From Histomonas meleagridis 2922-C6/04-290x (Eukaryota; Protista; Parabasalia): DNA of 60,163 nt. Location of the stretch: NCBI GenBank assembly GCA_020184695.1, contig JAANOX010000250.1:1-60163 (forward strand), in the 5' to 3' direction. A program made the translations under genes and the position numbers. The notes below the pieces were generated by a model. It was given only the letters and a program-made list of their open reading frames with translations. It was not told the origin of the DNA and made no database searches. This document shows positions 23,230 through 38,392 of this stretch, one piece after another. How positions within the stretch are numbered: the stretch's first letter is position 1; the number at the start of each line of letters is the position of its first letter.

Positions 23230-23990
23230 AAACGATTTGAGAGCCAATTTTTGAATGCGAATTACAATACATCCCAAAATCAAAAAATACATGGAAGAAA
23301 ATGTGATTCTTTTGATAACAAAATTTGCTAAATCAAAAATCAATGTGTTCATCAGAGGAATAAATACCATCAGTAATGCAGAATCAAAAAATCGAATGAT
23401 TGAATGCAGGTTTAATAAATCGACAAAAGATTTACTTGCAATAAGACAAGCAATCAATATTGCGATATGAATGCATATCATTCCAATCTCCAAAAAGATT
23501 GTGAAAGGAGAAAATCGGAATCACCATTTCCATTCGAATAATGCCAAAAAATACAAATAAAACTAATGAAAGATAACTCAAATGATGGAAAACAATTATA
23601 TTTGTTGTCTTTATAGAATTTGAGGGATACTCAATAATGGTCACTTGTGAAAAATGTATATGCAATGAACACATTGTTTCAGGAATTCCATGTGTTCACT
23701 TAATTTTTTTATATATTCATCTTGATAAAATAAATGAATTTGGTCCTTTTATAAATCCATTTTGGATTGATAAGCAAAATCATTAATTAGATGGTGAAAT
23801 AGAAGATATAATGATAAAATATGATGATGGTGAAAAAGAATAATTAATATACTTTGAGATAATAGATAATGAAAAAGAAGATATAAGTGAATTGAAAGAA
23901 GAAAACCAAAAGAATACATATATTGAATATATAACTTCATAGAGGAAATAAGATCGCTGCAACATGAAACAAAAGATTGCATTGGCTATA
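23230..23990 (+). pseudogene. MULE/Mutator-like transposase C-terminal remnant with SWIM finger
   Basis: CICNEHIVSGIPCVH at ~23655-23700. Confidence 0.6.
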
Positions 23991-24843
23991 GTGAGGGGGT
24001 ATATTTACAACAATAAATGAGCATGATAGAGGGGAGGAGATGTAGAGTATGCGAAGTAATTAGTTATTATTTAAACAATTGTTTATTTAGGAATCAATAT
24101 TTAAAATATATATTATGAAAACGAAAATGCATATATATTACCAAATACAAATATTGTCATAAGATAATTAATCAAGTTTTGCTGTTCATGTAACTTTGCT
24201 TACTCAGATTAATGAAGGGCATTGCTAATTAGTACTTTTGTAATTAGTTTTTGTTGATATGGCGATTTGATTTATTTTCATAATTTGTCATTGTTTTTTA
24301 TAGTTAATGCCAATATAATCGCTTAAACCACAAATCATCACAAATTCATATAATATTTGTTTACGATACAGAATACAAATTCTGTGCTTTATATCCATAA
24401 AGTCATTCATTCGAAAAAAATTATTTCCTTAAAGATTTCTAGAATTTTAAATCTTCAACATAATGCCATGGTTTGCATGTAAATTGAATTATTTTCATGT
24501 CATTCAATATTTTATGTTCATAATATAATCTAAATAAAATGGAAAATATCGTTAATTCACTCTAGGTTGAAACAGTTGTAGCGGTAATTAATTTATGAAA
24601 ATTTTTTATAGGTCTTCATTCAAATTTTATAAGACTAAAATGTCATTAGAATTAATCATTGGTCAAACATTTGCATCCATTCCACACCAAGCATAGTTTT
24701 ATAGCAACTCAAACACAAATCCTCATTTATTGATTCAATTAGAATATTTTTAAATTAATTTAATAAAGTTAAAATCAATTTCATATTTAAGATATTCAAT
24801 AATTCCACTCCCAACCACAATGCCTCCAATAATTTTTAATTAT

Positions 24844-25560
24844 TTATGGTTCAAAATTTGTGCATAATTCGCGGAATGCAATTTCTTTGGCTTCGATTGT
24901 CGATGTATCTTTTTTTGTTGAACGATATTTCAAAGTTGAGAAAAAAGAATTACCACATACACTGGCAAATTTCGCTCCTTGTGGAGGAAAGTGTGATATT
25001 TTAGTGTTGTACTTATTATCATTGAACTGCTTAATATTACTTCTGAGTCTATCCATCAATAAGACATTCTTTTGAGCGCCATTAATAACTCCAAAATGTT
25101 TTATCCAGTCTTCCATTTGAGTTAATCTCATACCTTTACTAATTATTATTTTTTGACCATTTTTTATCTGTGTTTTTTGTAATATATGTTGAGTGAAATA
25201 TGGATCAACAATTTCACTTGTTGAAATTGTAACTACTCCCATATCTCGACGATGATTTTATAGTGAAATTACTCCTGAGTCCATTCTTTGGTTTGAATAC
25301 CTTTTAATTCTTCCTGGTCACTTAAAACTTTATTTCGCCTTGGGTGCTGCTGCCTCTGCTTTTGTACTATTGGTAACATGTCTCTATTCATCCATCGATA
25401 TGTTGTACTTGGTGGTAGAGGTGAATATGCCATTATTTGGTTTACAAATAAACCAGCTTTTGCTGCTTGTTTAAACTGTATGCCAAGAGTTTACTTTCCT
25501 TTATTATTGGAATCTGATGAATCTATCGATTATTTCATTTGAATGGCGCCAAACCGTTTT
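24844..25560 (-). pseudogene. IS630/Tc1-like transposase remnant
   Basis: VLLMDRLRSN...FPPQGAKFASVCGNSFFSTLK resembles a decayed DDE core. No TIR found. Confidence 0.45.
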
Positions 25561-25899
25561 TTATGGCATCTCAATAAACAATTAAAATAAATCATATAAA
25601 TTTCAATCAAACTGTTCCAACCTAATATGGACCTGGATTCTATTTAGACAAAATTTAAATTCAAATTTCATCGGTTTTGACATTTTAGTTAACTACATTG
25701 AAACTATCAGTATAAATTACAAAAACTGCATGTTGATAACTCGAACCTGATGCATACATGCCTTTAATTGGGATATATGCAGTTACACCACTGGTAGATA
25801 ATGTCAAAAAGTCGGATAATCATGATCATTTTATTCATTCATTATCAAAAACTGAACTACAAAACATAGAAAATTTTTCTAATATTGCTTTACTCAATA

Positions 25900-26580
25900 T
25901 TTTAATTACTTTGCCGGCCAAGTAATGACGGTTTTTTCTAATCCCATATTGATATGCATTTCTCCCATTTATCAAACCAGATAACCACTATATATAATTA
26001 TTTGTCAGCTCTTCTGTACAGAAGGTACATACACCAGCCTTTTTCAGCATGTACGATAAAAATTTTTTTGATGATATTAATGTCTAAGTCTGCTCTCTTT
26101 TCTATGTCTGTTTTTACATCTTGTCTTCACTCTTGTTGCTACAACCATAGAGGTAATTTTTCACTACTTTATTGATTGTAGCTATAACTGTTATGCCTTT
26201 TTTTGATCAGTCAATAACTTAATAACGACTCAATCTGCGCCGCGGCGCTTTAGAATTCTAAATTGTCTCGACTTCCCCATTTAACACACGCCAACATATA
26301 TTAGCGACTTCAATTTCATTTATAAATGGTGAAACTACATCATTATCAGAAGTAGATCTTCACCTAACACTTAGATTATATGATTTTAAAAAATCATAAC
26401 ACCAAGTTCTGGAACACTTTGAATTTGTTAAACCACTTAGATCAAGTTTTCTCAGATCTATTGAACGAAATGCTCTCGAAGGTAAATATCTATGCATGTT
26501 GAAGTAATTAATTTTAATTGTTCCAAGTATCTCTTGAATTACACTTTTTGATAAATATATATTGATAAGGCGTCCATATT
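25900..26580 (-). pseudogene. pogo-like transposase remnant
   Basis: CSRTWCYDFLKSYNLSVR and KLPLW, comparable to 107..1103. Confidence 0.45.
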
Positions 26581-27059
26581 TTGGTTTATAATTTTGATGA
26601 TGATTTATATTATATAATATTAAATATAATATAAAATATAATATTGGATATAATATTAGATATAATATTTGATATATAGTTAAATATAATGTTATTCATA
26701 ATGTTGAATACAATGTAATATCCAATGTCATTAATGATGTTTTTCATCATTTGATTATATATCTACTAAATATATTATATAATGATCATATGTTATAATA
26801 CTAATAGTAAATATGTACATATAATTAATTAATACGAATTATCATATAGAAATATAAACATGTATAAAATAAATGTATAAAATAGAAAATTTTTAATGAA
26901 TCATAATAATATATATTTTAATGCTAACAGGAAAAAGTATTGAATTTTTTGCAATTTTTTAGCGATTCTCACATTTGTAGTTGTTAGTTAATGTTTTATC
27001 ATTTCATCATTTATATCATTTTAATTTGCAACATGAAAGTTATTAGTTCTTACATTATA

Positions 27060-27530
27060 TTTTGCTTGAATTTGTATTTTTTTGCTTCCGAAAATTTCCA
27101 TTCTACTTTCTAGTATTAGTTTATTATTCAGTTGTGCCTCTTTATTTGTGAGCATTATGACCATACCTTATTTCTTGTCTCCACCAACAAAGGAATCAAT
27201 TGCAATTATTTTAGAGTTCATTTTCCCTTTAATGAATCTCTTTTTTGATGCTTCTTCAACATCAGATTTTAATCTTTCATCATCTTTATGTTGACGTATA
27301 GATTCTAAAATATTAATAAATTGAATTTCATTAGGATTTTGTCTCATTAATATATTTAATTCCCAAATGATAAAACCATTAAATATTTCACTCTCATTAA
27401 ATTGTTGAAGAAATTCAAGAAAATCATCTGGAGCTCGTGTTACTGATGGAACTTGAGCTAAATCTCCAAATAATAAAATTGTTTTACCACTTAAACGATG
27501 ATTTGTAACATAACTTTTTAATTGCGACAT
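27060..27530 (-). pseudogene. PIF1-family helicase fragment
   Basis: GKTILLFGDLAQVPSV and ELNILMRQ; aligns by eye with 43057..44004 (NIRQHKD, AIDFFVGGD). Confidence 0.75.
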
Positions 27531-28724
27531 AACTTTCCTTCAACCATGATATAATGTTGGCATTGTTCAATAAATTTTCAATTTCATACGTATTTACATG
27601 AAGATGTTTCTATTCCTTTTTTACATCTAGATAAAGTACATTGATGGATCATTGTTGTAGTAACTAAGTTATATAAATTCGGTGCAAATAAAGGGGGAAT
27701 TAATGCATAGAAATTTTTCGGAATTTGATCTAATGTTAATCTATATTTATTTTCTCTTCAACTTTTTTGACTTCAGGCCATTTATTTACAAATGTAAATG
27801 TTACCATTAAGTCAGAGATACTGACTTGAATTTAATTTTAAATTTGATTGAATTTTTTTTTTTTTCTCAAGCTTTGTAACACGGGACTTTTTCTGATGAG
27901 ATTTGAATGGTTTATTTCCACTTTTGTATACTTCCATAAGACTATGTCAGGAAAACGCGACTTTTTATATAATTTATTTCGGTTAAGCTCACTTGTCAAT
28001 TATTCAAATATTTATTCATAATGCCCGAATATTTATTTCCAATTATTATAAAATAATGATGATTTTTGGTTTTCGTTTTCTATGAATTTGTTTCCCTCAG
28101 GCAATTTGAATTGATCTAACATATTTTGTTTTCATTTTTTGATATGGTACAGAAAATTTCGATAAACCTAATACATCAATTCATTTTAAAGTGATGCATA
28201 TTATATGTTATCATTCCATGATGCAACTATTATTTATCACGCAAACAACAAGTGCATCATATAATTCAGGGTGTAAATATCAAAAGCAAAAAATGCGGGA
28301 AATCTATGAAATTTCATACAAAGAAATTTCAAATGTTCGACTACAATGTGCTGTTTCTCTGTATTTTCATTCAAAAATATCCAAAGTGAAATCAGATCTG
28401 ACAATTCCTAATTATTTTTGCATGTTTTTGTGCGAATTTCACAATTATCACCAAAGCCAATATTTCAAATGCATCTCAACATTATGTTTCTCACTGGTTT
28501 CAGAACTCAAATGGTAAACGAAAATATTTCAGAAATCAGAAATTCTTTATCTGGATTCGTTCAGGTAGAAGAAAGTTTGTTACGAAAAGAAAAAATGATG
28601 TCTGAAGGGTTGTAGACAGGGATGGGCGTTCGGCGAATGCGATAGCGATAGAGGTGGACTTTTTTATTTCAATATCAAAGCATCCCGACGAGCTGCTGCA
28701 AACCTGGCAGTAGTAACATCAATA

Positions 28725-29000
28725 ATGATTCAAGAAGGCTCAATAATTACTTCTGATAAACGGAAGGCATGTGAGTATTTAAGTGATAATGGATTTATTC
28801 GTTACACTGTAAACCATTCAGCAGAATTTGTAAATTATGTGACTAGTGTTCATACACAAGAAATTGAATCAATGTGGACAGTTGCTAAGAAATGGATGAG
28901 AAAATATCCGTATAATGCTCATGATAATTTGAATTTACATCATCACTTATTCTATTATGGGTGCACCCACATTAAGTCATTCGATTTCATATGGAGAAAT
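28725..29000 (+). pseudogene. Merlin/IS1595 transposase remnant
   Basis: GSIITSD, YTVNHSAEFV, VHTQEIESMW. Confidence 0.75.
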
Positions 29001-31331
29001 CTTTACTCGATTAATAAACCTCTAAATACTCACAATTCATGCCCCTATCGTCATCGCATAAAAATAGCCCAACTGCCATTATATTTTCATTTTTCGCGCG
29101 AAAATTTGTATCGAACCGTTGGTCATTTTTTGTTCAAAAGTCGATAGAAGCTTCTATTCAATTCATGAATTGTAAATATATTGAAATATTGGCAATGCTT
29201 GTTTCAGGTATTCTTCTCGGTTGTGTCTATATAGGGTAAATACGAATTCACTGGCAAATTTTAGGTTTTGAAAAAGTGTTTTTTATGTGTTTATTGAAAC
29301 TTCACGATTGACATATTTATACAAAAATTAAACTCATTATATATACTCAAATGTCATAATATGAAAGAAATTTATATAAGCCAAAATCTTTTGAAATATA
29401 TGTCTTTTGTTAATTTTATTATATAATTTAAAAAGTTGGGATGGGGGCTTATCACTTTTTTTTCTGATTCCCCACTGTATTGAACTAATTTAGAGTTCTA
29501 TGTAATCTTTCTACATGATTTGTACATGTAGAAACTATCAAATTATTTCTATTCCTTGTTGATAAATTGTATTAATCATTATCGAGCCCTTGAAAACAAT
29601 GATAATTGTGAGACTATTCACTTTTTAAATGACCTTCTTATCAAAAAGTCGTAAAAAATATAATAGTACCATATTATTTCATAATTAAGTATTCCAATGA
29701 ATAGTCCGGTTTTGTCGGGGTACCCCTCTATGTAGTCAATTTCATTACAAATTTTGAGTGAAAACTTGCTGTTAGATAGGGTTTTCCGATGAATAGGGAC
29801 AAGCCATATGACTCTATTTATATTCTTGATGAACATGAATAAGTACACCTGAACCTCAATACATAAGTTTGAGTCTTAGCATTATTGCATGTATAAAAAA
29901 GTTCGATGAACCGAACTGAAAAACCCTTTTGAGGTCCCTATCTTGTAAGTTTGAATACCGCCAACATCTGAATTTTTTCAATTCAGATTCCGATCAAATT
30001 GCATTGATAACTTGTTGAAAATTTTAAAATACATCTGTTCGATCATTATTATTGACCTGCTCCAACTGAAGTGGTTTATTCATTTCCTATGGAATCTTCC
30101 ATTTCCCAGTCTGAAAAAAGCCAAATTTGTTGTATTCATTTACAACGATTTGAAAGTGCTCTTTACCATTTGATGTCTTATAGGTTTAACAATTTACCAT
30201 TTTGATGTGATGTGTTTGATTGCATCTTCCAGTTTATGATATTGTGCATCTCATAGACCATTTAGAATTTAGGTCCTATGAATTATTCTCCATTATCACT
30301 AATCATTCATGCAGGAGACAGTGTTATGGGTACTTCGAACGCAATGATATTACTTCTTTCAACTAGAAAAAACAAATAGATATCGAAATAATTTAATATT
30401 ATTGCAAAAAGAAAAAATCATCCAACATACCAAACAAGGATTAACAGCACACTCTATTAGACTTCGAGAAAAACTTACATGTACAAAAGATGTATAGGGG
30501 GTTCAAAAAGTCCTGACCCCACCCCCTTTTCTCGACATCTACTTGATCCATAAAAATGAACTTTATATAAATAAAAACTACAATGAATGAACTCGATGTG
30601 TGTTTTGTTGTTATTTAAAAATTTTGTACACTTGTTGAATTATAAGTGATTGAATTTTTTCTCCCGACTCAAAAACGTCACTTTTTCCATCACAAAATTT
30701 AATGGAAAAGTCGGAGCTCAAAATTGTTGTTAAATATTATTTTCTACAAGGAATGGGATATCGGTCAATTTACAAAGAAATAAATACTGCTCTTCCTGAA
30801 ACTGATATATCACTTTTAAGCGTTAAACGATGGTGTAAAAAATTTTCTTCAGGTGACCTAAGTTGCAATAATTTACCAAGGAGCGGAATACCTAAAATTA
30901 ATGTAGCGGATCAAATTCGAGAAATGCTTGAAGAACAACCATTCTTATCAGCAAAATATATTGCATCAGAACTAGGTCATTCTCCTACTGCTATTAAATC
31001 AGTTTTAATTAACGACCTTGGTTTAAAAAAGTATGGAAGAAGGTGGATCCCCCATATGCTATCGGAAGACGATAAGGAAGAAAGGGTTGAGTATTCCAAA
31101 GAAATTTTGAATAAATTAATCAAAGCTAGAAAAAACTTTTTTAATACAATTATGACTGGCGACGAGTCGTGGTTCTTTTATGAATATGAACATAAAGAAA
31201 TGTATGCAGAATCACGTGATATGGTGCCACCGATAGTCTCTAAGAAAATTCAATACAAAAAAACAATGTTCACAATTTTCTTCAATGGGACGAAAATGCT
31301 TTGCATTGATGCATTACCTTCTAATTACAAA

Positions 31332-34300
31332 GGTACTCTCCAACCTAATGGGAAAATTTGAATACCTTCCTCTCAAAAAGTGGAAATGCCTTTCAATTAT
31401 GCGTGATTTTTTGAATAGCATTGAAAAATTTTCATTCAAAATGTTTTTGTGAGAAAATATTCCTTATCAAATTCGATTTCTATGTTCCACATTTTTTGAC
31501 ATTCGAATTTCTGAGAATTTATAAATTGCCATCGTATTTTTTATATAATTTTAAATTATTCGATATTTTCAATTTTAATATGATAAATATGCACTGACAC
31601 GCAACATTCTCAGATATAATATATTTATTGAACTCAATATTTATAATAATATATATTAAATTCGTTTCCAAAATTCGGTCATAGGTATACTGGGAAGATA
31701 TAAGAACTAGTCATTAAAAATACATAATATATGCACATAATTGAGAATATTAATTAATATAAATATGAAATAATATTCATGATAAGTCAAGATAAATTTT
31801 TTTTTCATTTATAAAAGTGACATATATCACTTTTGTATGGTTTATTATCGTCGGTGCGCCGATGGTCAACGATATGACCAATTCATGCAAGATAAATGAG
31901 CAATAAATAAACATATTTCTTGATCAATTCATTGCAAATAAAGTAAAAATTACCCAAAAATTTCATTAATCATTATTTGAAATAAAAATATATGGGGAGG
32001 GGGATGGGGGTAAAAAAAGAATGCTCCTTTTATCTCGACTTCTATTCAATAAAAATTTTTTTTAAATAATATCATATTTAAATATAATATGTGTGCACTA
32101 AGATAATATGAACAAAGTTCTTTAACTCCTTTCTGATGATGATAAAAGTTCGTTAGAAATTTTCGTAGTTCCCTAAATCACTTTAAAAAGTCCGAAAAAA
32201 ATTTTGGATATTGTTATGTATGCTGTGTATTAAATAAAATATGTTCGAAAGTAAACCCCATATAAAATAACGGTAGTTAGGTATAATGAAATGGTACATC
32301 ATTCAAATGAATTTTGAGAAATACATATAAAGATTCATAAGAAGGTTTTTATTTATATAATAATGAATGGGAACCATCTGTTCTATTTAAGATATGAAAG
32401 TGATGATTATTACATTTATTAACTAATAAAGAACCTATTCATCGTTCAATGTCAATTCTATATAACAATTTACGCTGATTTAACAAAATAATAAGAAAAC
32501 AGGAGTTAAAAAATATGATGGTTCATACCGATACACACACAATGCACACTAGTACCACACATATATTAATTATAATATACATTATACATTATTATGAGTT
32601 TATAATAGAAAAAAGCAAATGAACAGGAAAACATATATATTTCATAAGAATATCAAATAACATATGAAAACACATTTGAACACCATAAATAACATAAGAA
32701 TATGAATATTTACATTCGTAAACATATTGACTATGTAATTTACAATATATTATGAGGCTTGTTTTTATTGTAAGCTTTGCCGAATAATAACCCAATTTTT
32801 TGGGCAAGAAAAATAAATTATATATAAATAAAACTATAATATGCTGATGCATTAAATGTTAATATACATATTCTACATAATCAGATAATATTTTAAAACT
32901 TTTTTCTTACTAACCAGAAATTAGGGTATTTAGATCAATTTATATCCCCCTATTCATATATCAATAATATATATTTCGATTTTATGAATATATAAATATC
33001 TTATTTTATCATAATATAATTGAATTTATATAAAACACCTTAAAGTTAATGTATCGATTTTTGTATAAGAAATTCTCTTAAATGATTATATTTTTAGATA
33101 ATTTATGACTATTTACTCAAACAAGTGAAATAACTGCAGTTATAATGTGAAATAAAAGGGTATTTTCATCAAGTAGAGTTGCAAACATAAATTGTTATAT
33201 AAAATTAACATTGAGTTACGGATGAGAACTTTATTAGCTGAAAACATAATTTAATAACTTTCATACTTTAAATATAACATTAGACTTTCATTTGTTATAA
33301 TATAAATAAAAAACTTCTTTCTAACTTTCATCAATATTTCTCAAAATTCATTTGAATGTTGTATCATTTCATTTCTTCTAACAACAGTTAATTTATATGG
33401 GATCAGCTTTCGAACATATTCCATATAGTACAAAGCATACTTGAAAACTTTTAAATATATTTTTATGTATTGCCTAATATTTAAATTTTTGTACTTACAT
33501 ATGAATATTTTGGGAAGATCTATGTAAATGACTCAATTAAGTTACTGTCGTCCATTTCATTAGTATACTGGACTAAGTATGATAAATTCACTGCATTTTT
33601 ACAAATCATTTTTAAATTTTTTATGCATATATAATTTTCTCTAACTAGATTATTTAATACTACATACATGATTTTATATTCTAAATAAATGAGGATGAGA
33701 TATTTAATTATAAAATTGACATAAATTCAACCATGATTTTTTCAAACTTTCTCAATGAAATTTTGGTCATCACCAAAATTTCAAACAAATTTTTTTCATT
33801 ATCAAATAAAAGTTTAAAAACTTTAATTCTAGTTTATTAATACACACATCTTATATAATAAAATAATATTATTCAAAATATTATTTATTCATTTGATGTA
33901 GAGATATGTGAGTCAATTAAAATTGACCCTCATATATTTTTTGATATATATTAAAATCCATTCATTCTATATTATGAAATTATATTATTAATTTTTTTAT
34001 AAGCTAGATGTCTAGATATCAATAATCATAATTTATTCGATTACAAATATATTTAAACAAATTATTTTTATAAAATTTAATTGGATTTAAATAGAATATA
34101 TTATATTTGATTTATTGAGCTATTTATGAAATATTATATGAATTAATTGATTTTGCTGATTATAATATTTGATTATTATCGACTCAAATCAATAAATTAA
34201 TTTTCTTTTTATGTATACGCTTTTATTTATTATTCATATTAATAATAATTCAATATTTTATGCATTATGCGTTTAATATTTATTTGTTATTATGGATTAC

Positions 34301-37300
34301 AATCAGCCTCAACAATTATCTTTCCCGTTTATCATCGATAATACTCTCTCTTATTTTTGGCTTTTTACGAATGAAGACGCAGCTATTCAATTTGCATTAC
34401 AGAATGGAGTTATTTATAATCAAATGATGTGTGAAAAATGTAATTTCGATATGCAGATCTACAGAGATTCTTCAAAAGGATTTGGATACACAAAAATACC
34501 ACTTTCTAAGATTTTTTATTTATTATATTGTTGGGTATATAAATATTCATGTAAAGATACTGCAAGAGAAGTAGGAGTGAGCAGAAACACAGTGACTTAT
34601 TATTTTACTTTATTTAGAAATGCATGTGATGCATATGTTTTATCTTTAGAAGGTCTTGTTGTTGGCGGTCCTGATAAAACTGTTCAAATTGATGAAACTT
34701 TAATGTGCCGAAAAAATGTTGGTCGATGTTTAAATCAAGTGTGGATCTTTGGGGGGAATTTGTGTGGAAGATAGACAATCCTTTTTGTCTTGTTTTACTT
34801 GATTGAACAAGAGAAACATTAGAAGAAGAGATTCGTAATCATATATTACCTGAAACAAAAATAATTTCTGATTGCTGGAAAGCGTATTACTTTCTGGAGG
34901 AGGACAATGAGTACGAGCATGAAACTAATTAATAAAAGATATGAATAAATCCCAGAAAATAAAGTCAATGAACATATATCAGAGTTCATGTGGAGATGGA
35001 ATGTTATTCACAATAAGGATCAAATGTTTAGGGCCGCCGTTCAATTAATTGCAGACACAAAGTTTACAAAAGTAATTGATTGCGATGGAGAAGAAGAAGA
35101 GTTGGAATAAGTAAAAATTCATATCTTCGATTGTTATGATCATTTTTTATTTTTAGAAAATTGAGGAAAGAAATATAAATAATATTTTATTATGTTATTT
35201 AAATATCGATTCGTGAAAATTTATGTCACAAATTTCGAAATTTCGAAAATTTAATTTTTGAAAAATATGTATATATTATCTTTATTTGATAACATATCTT
35301 GTTATATTGTTTAGATTTGGTTTTGTTTAAATTTTTTGTTACAAATTTCGAAATTTCGAAAATTTAATTTTTGGAAAAAATCGTAATTAATCGATCCTAT
35401 ATTGTGATAAACCTTAATGTATTATATACACTTTAGTCCTATTAATTTTTTACATTAATTTGATGTCAAAAAAATCATATCAATTTTTAAAAATCAAATA
35501 AATTCATTAATATAGCTCATTAATAAACTTGACATATGTTAAAAACTTCGATAAAATATTATTATATACATAAAAAATCGGATTTTTAGGAATAATTAAA
35601 TTTATAAATTTTTTTCTAATTTCAGATTTCAATCACATTTCTCATGTTTAGTAATGTATACATATTTTATCACTCGAATTTTGTACAACCTAATATATTG
35701 CAATCTTAAAAAATATAATAATTTTCGGTAAAATGATGTTCATTCAATTATTGAATGATAATTCAATATTTATACAGAAAATTCTGCGTAAAAAGCAGTT
35801 AATTCCAAACATTTATTCAAAAAGTGAACATTTTTTTTGAAGAATTAACCATTACACACATTCAGATATGAGCGATAATATTATTATCTCGTAAATTTTT
35901 CATTTTTGTATGAAAAAAATAGTGAAATAATTCATTCTATTTTCAAAAAATGTTAGAATATTTTTTGAAATATAAATTCAATGAAATATATAATTTTTAA
36001 TGACAAAAATTGATATAATTTTAATTCGATAATAATCTTTGTTCAAATATTACCAAAAACACGGGGATTCAACTTATTCAAAGTCTCATATGTACATGAA
36101 TGTATATCTTATAATATTTTCAAAGTTACCAAGAAAATAAGTGTATAAAGTTATTGTCATTATGCTAATTGATTTTATGGGAAATATGAATTTATCGATC
36201 ATTTTTTGATATGATCACAATTAGTTCATTTTTTAATCATAGTTATAATTAATAATCATTAATAAACTGTATATTAATCTTGAAATAGTTCAACATGAAA
36301 ACATTTTCATTTTAGATCTTAAAAGTCTTCTTTGTAATTATAAATCACTTATATATATATATCCATTGAAATATAACATTATTAAAGATTTTTATAGGTG
36401 ATTTCACGAATTATGATCCAAAAAATAATTGTAATTTACAATTTATATAATTGTAGCATAAATATAATTTTCCGAAAAAATCATTTTTAAATATTTTATA
36501 GTTTCCTCTCTATAATAATGAATGAAATCTACGCTCTCTTATATATTTTATATCAAATTCATTAAGTACAATTACTTTTATTACATTTCAAGTTACTACT
36601 ATTTCTTATGCATAATATAAAGAATTTTTTTTTAAGTTAGGTATCATAATAATTCATATAATTATATTAAATTTATACATTTTGTTCATTGATAGATCAA
36701 GATAACTTAGAATATTTGAAAAAATTGCATTATTTAAATACTAAGATAGATACTAAAATAAGGTCGAGAAGTCATAATTGATTATACTAATCAAATTAAT
36801 ATAATATACATATTTAGAAATCATATATACTCATATTTATTAATTTAATTCATGCTATGTTATATTTGTTAATGGACATGTATATTTAGTGTTTTTTTCA
36901 ATGTTATCCTATGTTAACTTTTTCCCCCAGTTCTTTATGTTATCTCAACTTTATTCATTTTTTTATTCTATTTTTTTGATGATGCTATTTCATGCTTATC
37001 AAAAATTAATATATTCCATTCTATCTTGTTAAATTAAGTTTATTTATGCTTATTCTTTTTATTTATGTTTTTTCTCCTTGCATGTGGTATGAGTGTTATA
37101 TGTGTTTATGTGCCGGATGATATATATTAAAGAGAATAGCTAGGAGATTTGCATAATACTTATTATATGATATTTATATTTGAATAATCTTGGAATAATA
37201 TATTATTTCTCAAGGAAAATTTTAGTATTACCAAAATTGTTTGTAAAAACTAGTCTTTTGCGATTATGGAATCGTAAATGGAGCTTTATAGATATTTATT

Positions 37301-38392
37301 AACATGTTAACATTATTATAAATGATTAAAGGAATAAAATACACTAATAAAATTATAATTTTATATACAAATGTTATTAAAAAATCTTGTTTTTATGAAC
37401 ACAGCCATATAATAAATGTTGAAATACCTAATTCTCTTTATTACAATAGAATAACTTATTTTATAGAATATTATTACATGAAATTATAATTCCAAAATCA
37501 GCGATGTCAATTTCTCCAAAATATTTTATCTCATATTGTATTATGTTCATATATGTTAAAACCATGCGATTTTTTTCGTGTTGTATTTCATTCGAATAAT
37601 AGTAAGGGATTCTAATTATTTCTTTTTATTCACAATAAAGTAAGGACACTTAGTTTGAATAAACTTTATACAGTATTGAATCGAAAATTACTTTAAATGA
37701 ATTCAAATAATATTGTTATTTCATTTGATTCATTATATCTTGTAGCTTATTCACTCATGATTCTCCATGTTTACTTATGTTAATTCAAATTCATTTGTGT
37801 TTGTATATATACCTACTCATGTTCATTAATGAATGCTATAGTTAATTCATGTTTATTTATTATTCTTTATGTTGTTTTTAAACAAAAATCTTGAGAATTG
37901 ATTTTAAAATGAATAAATCTCAATATTAACTGAATATAAATCAAAATTAATGAAACTTTTAATATATCATATAATTTTAAAAAATGTGATAAAGATATTT
38001 TTCAACTATTTAATTTTAAGTGAAAATGATTATCTATCATAAAAAAAATTCGAATATTTTAATATTTAACAAAAAGCATTAATTATTATAGATATTTTTT
38101 GGTTTACAAATCAAAATTATGAATGTGTACTGATTTATCAACAAAGCAATATTTTTTTGGTGGCGACCGTTTAAAGTAAAAATCTATTTGGTGACATTTT
38201 ATAAATTTTCAGAAATTTATATGTCAAAAAATGTAGAACATAGAAATCAAATTTGAGAAGGAATATTTTTCCCACAAAAATATTTTGGAAGGGAATTTTT
38301 CAATGCTATTCAAAAAATCACGCATAATTGAAAGGCATTTCCACTTTTTGAGAGGAAGGTATTCAAATTTTCCCTTTTGCTTGGAGAGTACC
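31332..38392. mobile_element. 7.06-kb Merlin-like element with ~180-bp TIRs
   Basis: TIR begins GGTACTCTCCAA; exact 8-bp TSD ATTACAAA (31324-31331, 38393-38400); internal IS1595-type pseudogene. Confidence 0.85.
34292..35110 (+). pseudogene. Merlin/IS1595 transposase pseudogene
   Basis: GGPDKTVQIDETL, VWIFGG, then ILPETKIISDCWKAY in a downstream frame. Confidence 0.8.

Noticed and set aside
28191-30380. Several short ORFs (28191, 28418, 29039, 29618)
   Set aside because: No motifs, paralogs or Inr context to support them, apart from the Merlin remnant listed.
31993-32010. G-quadruplex candidate GGGGAGGGGGATGGGGG
   Set aside because: Only three G-tracts; it resembles decayed mariner subterminal sequence.
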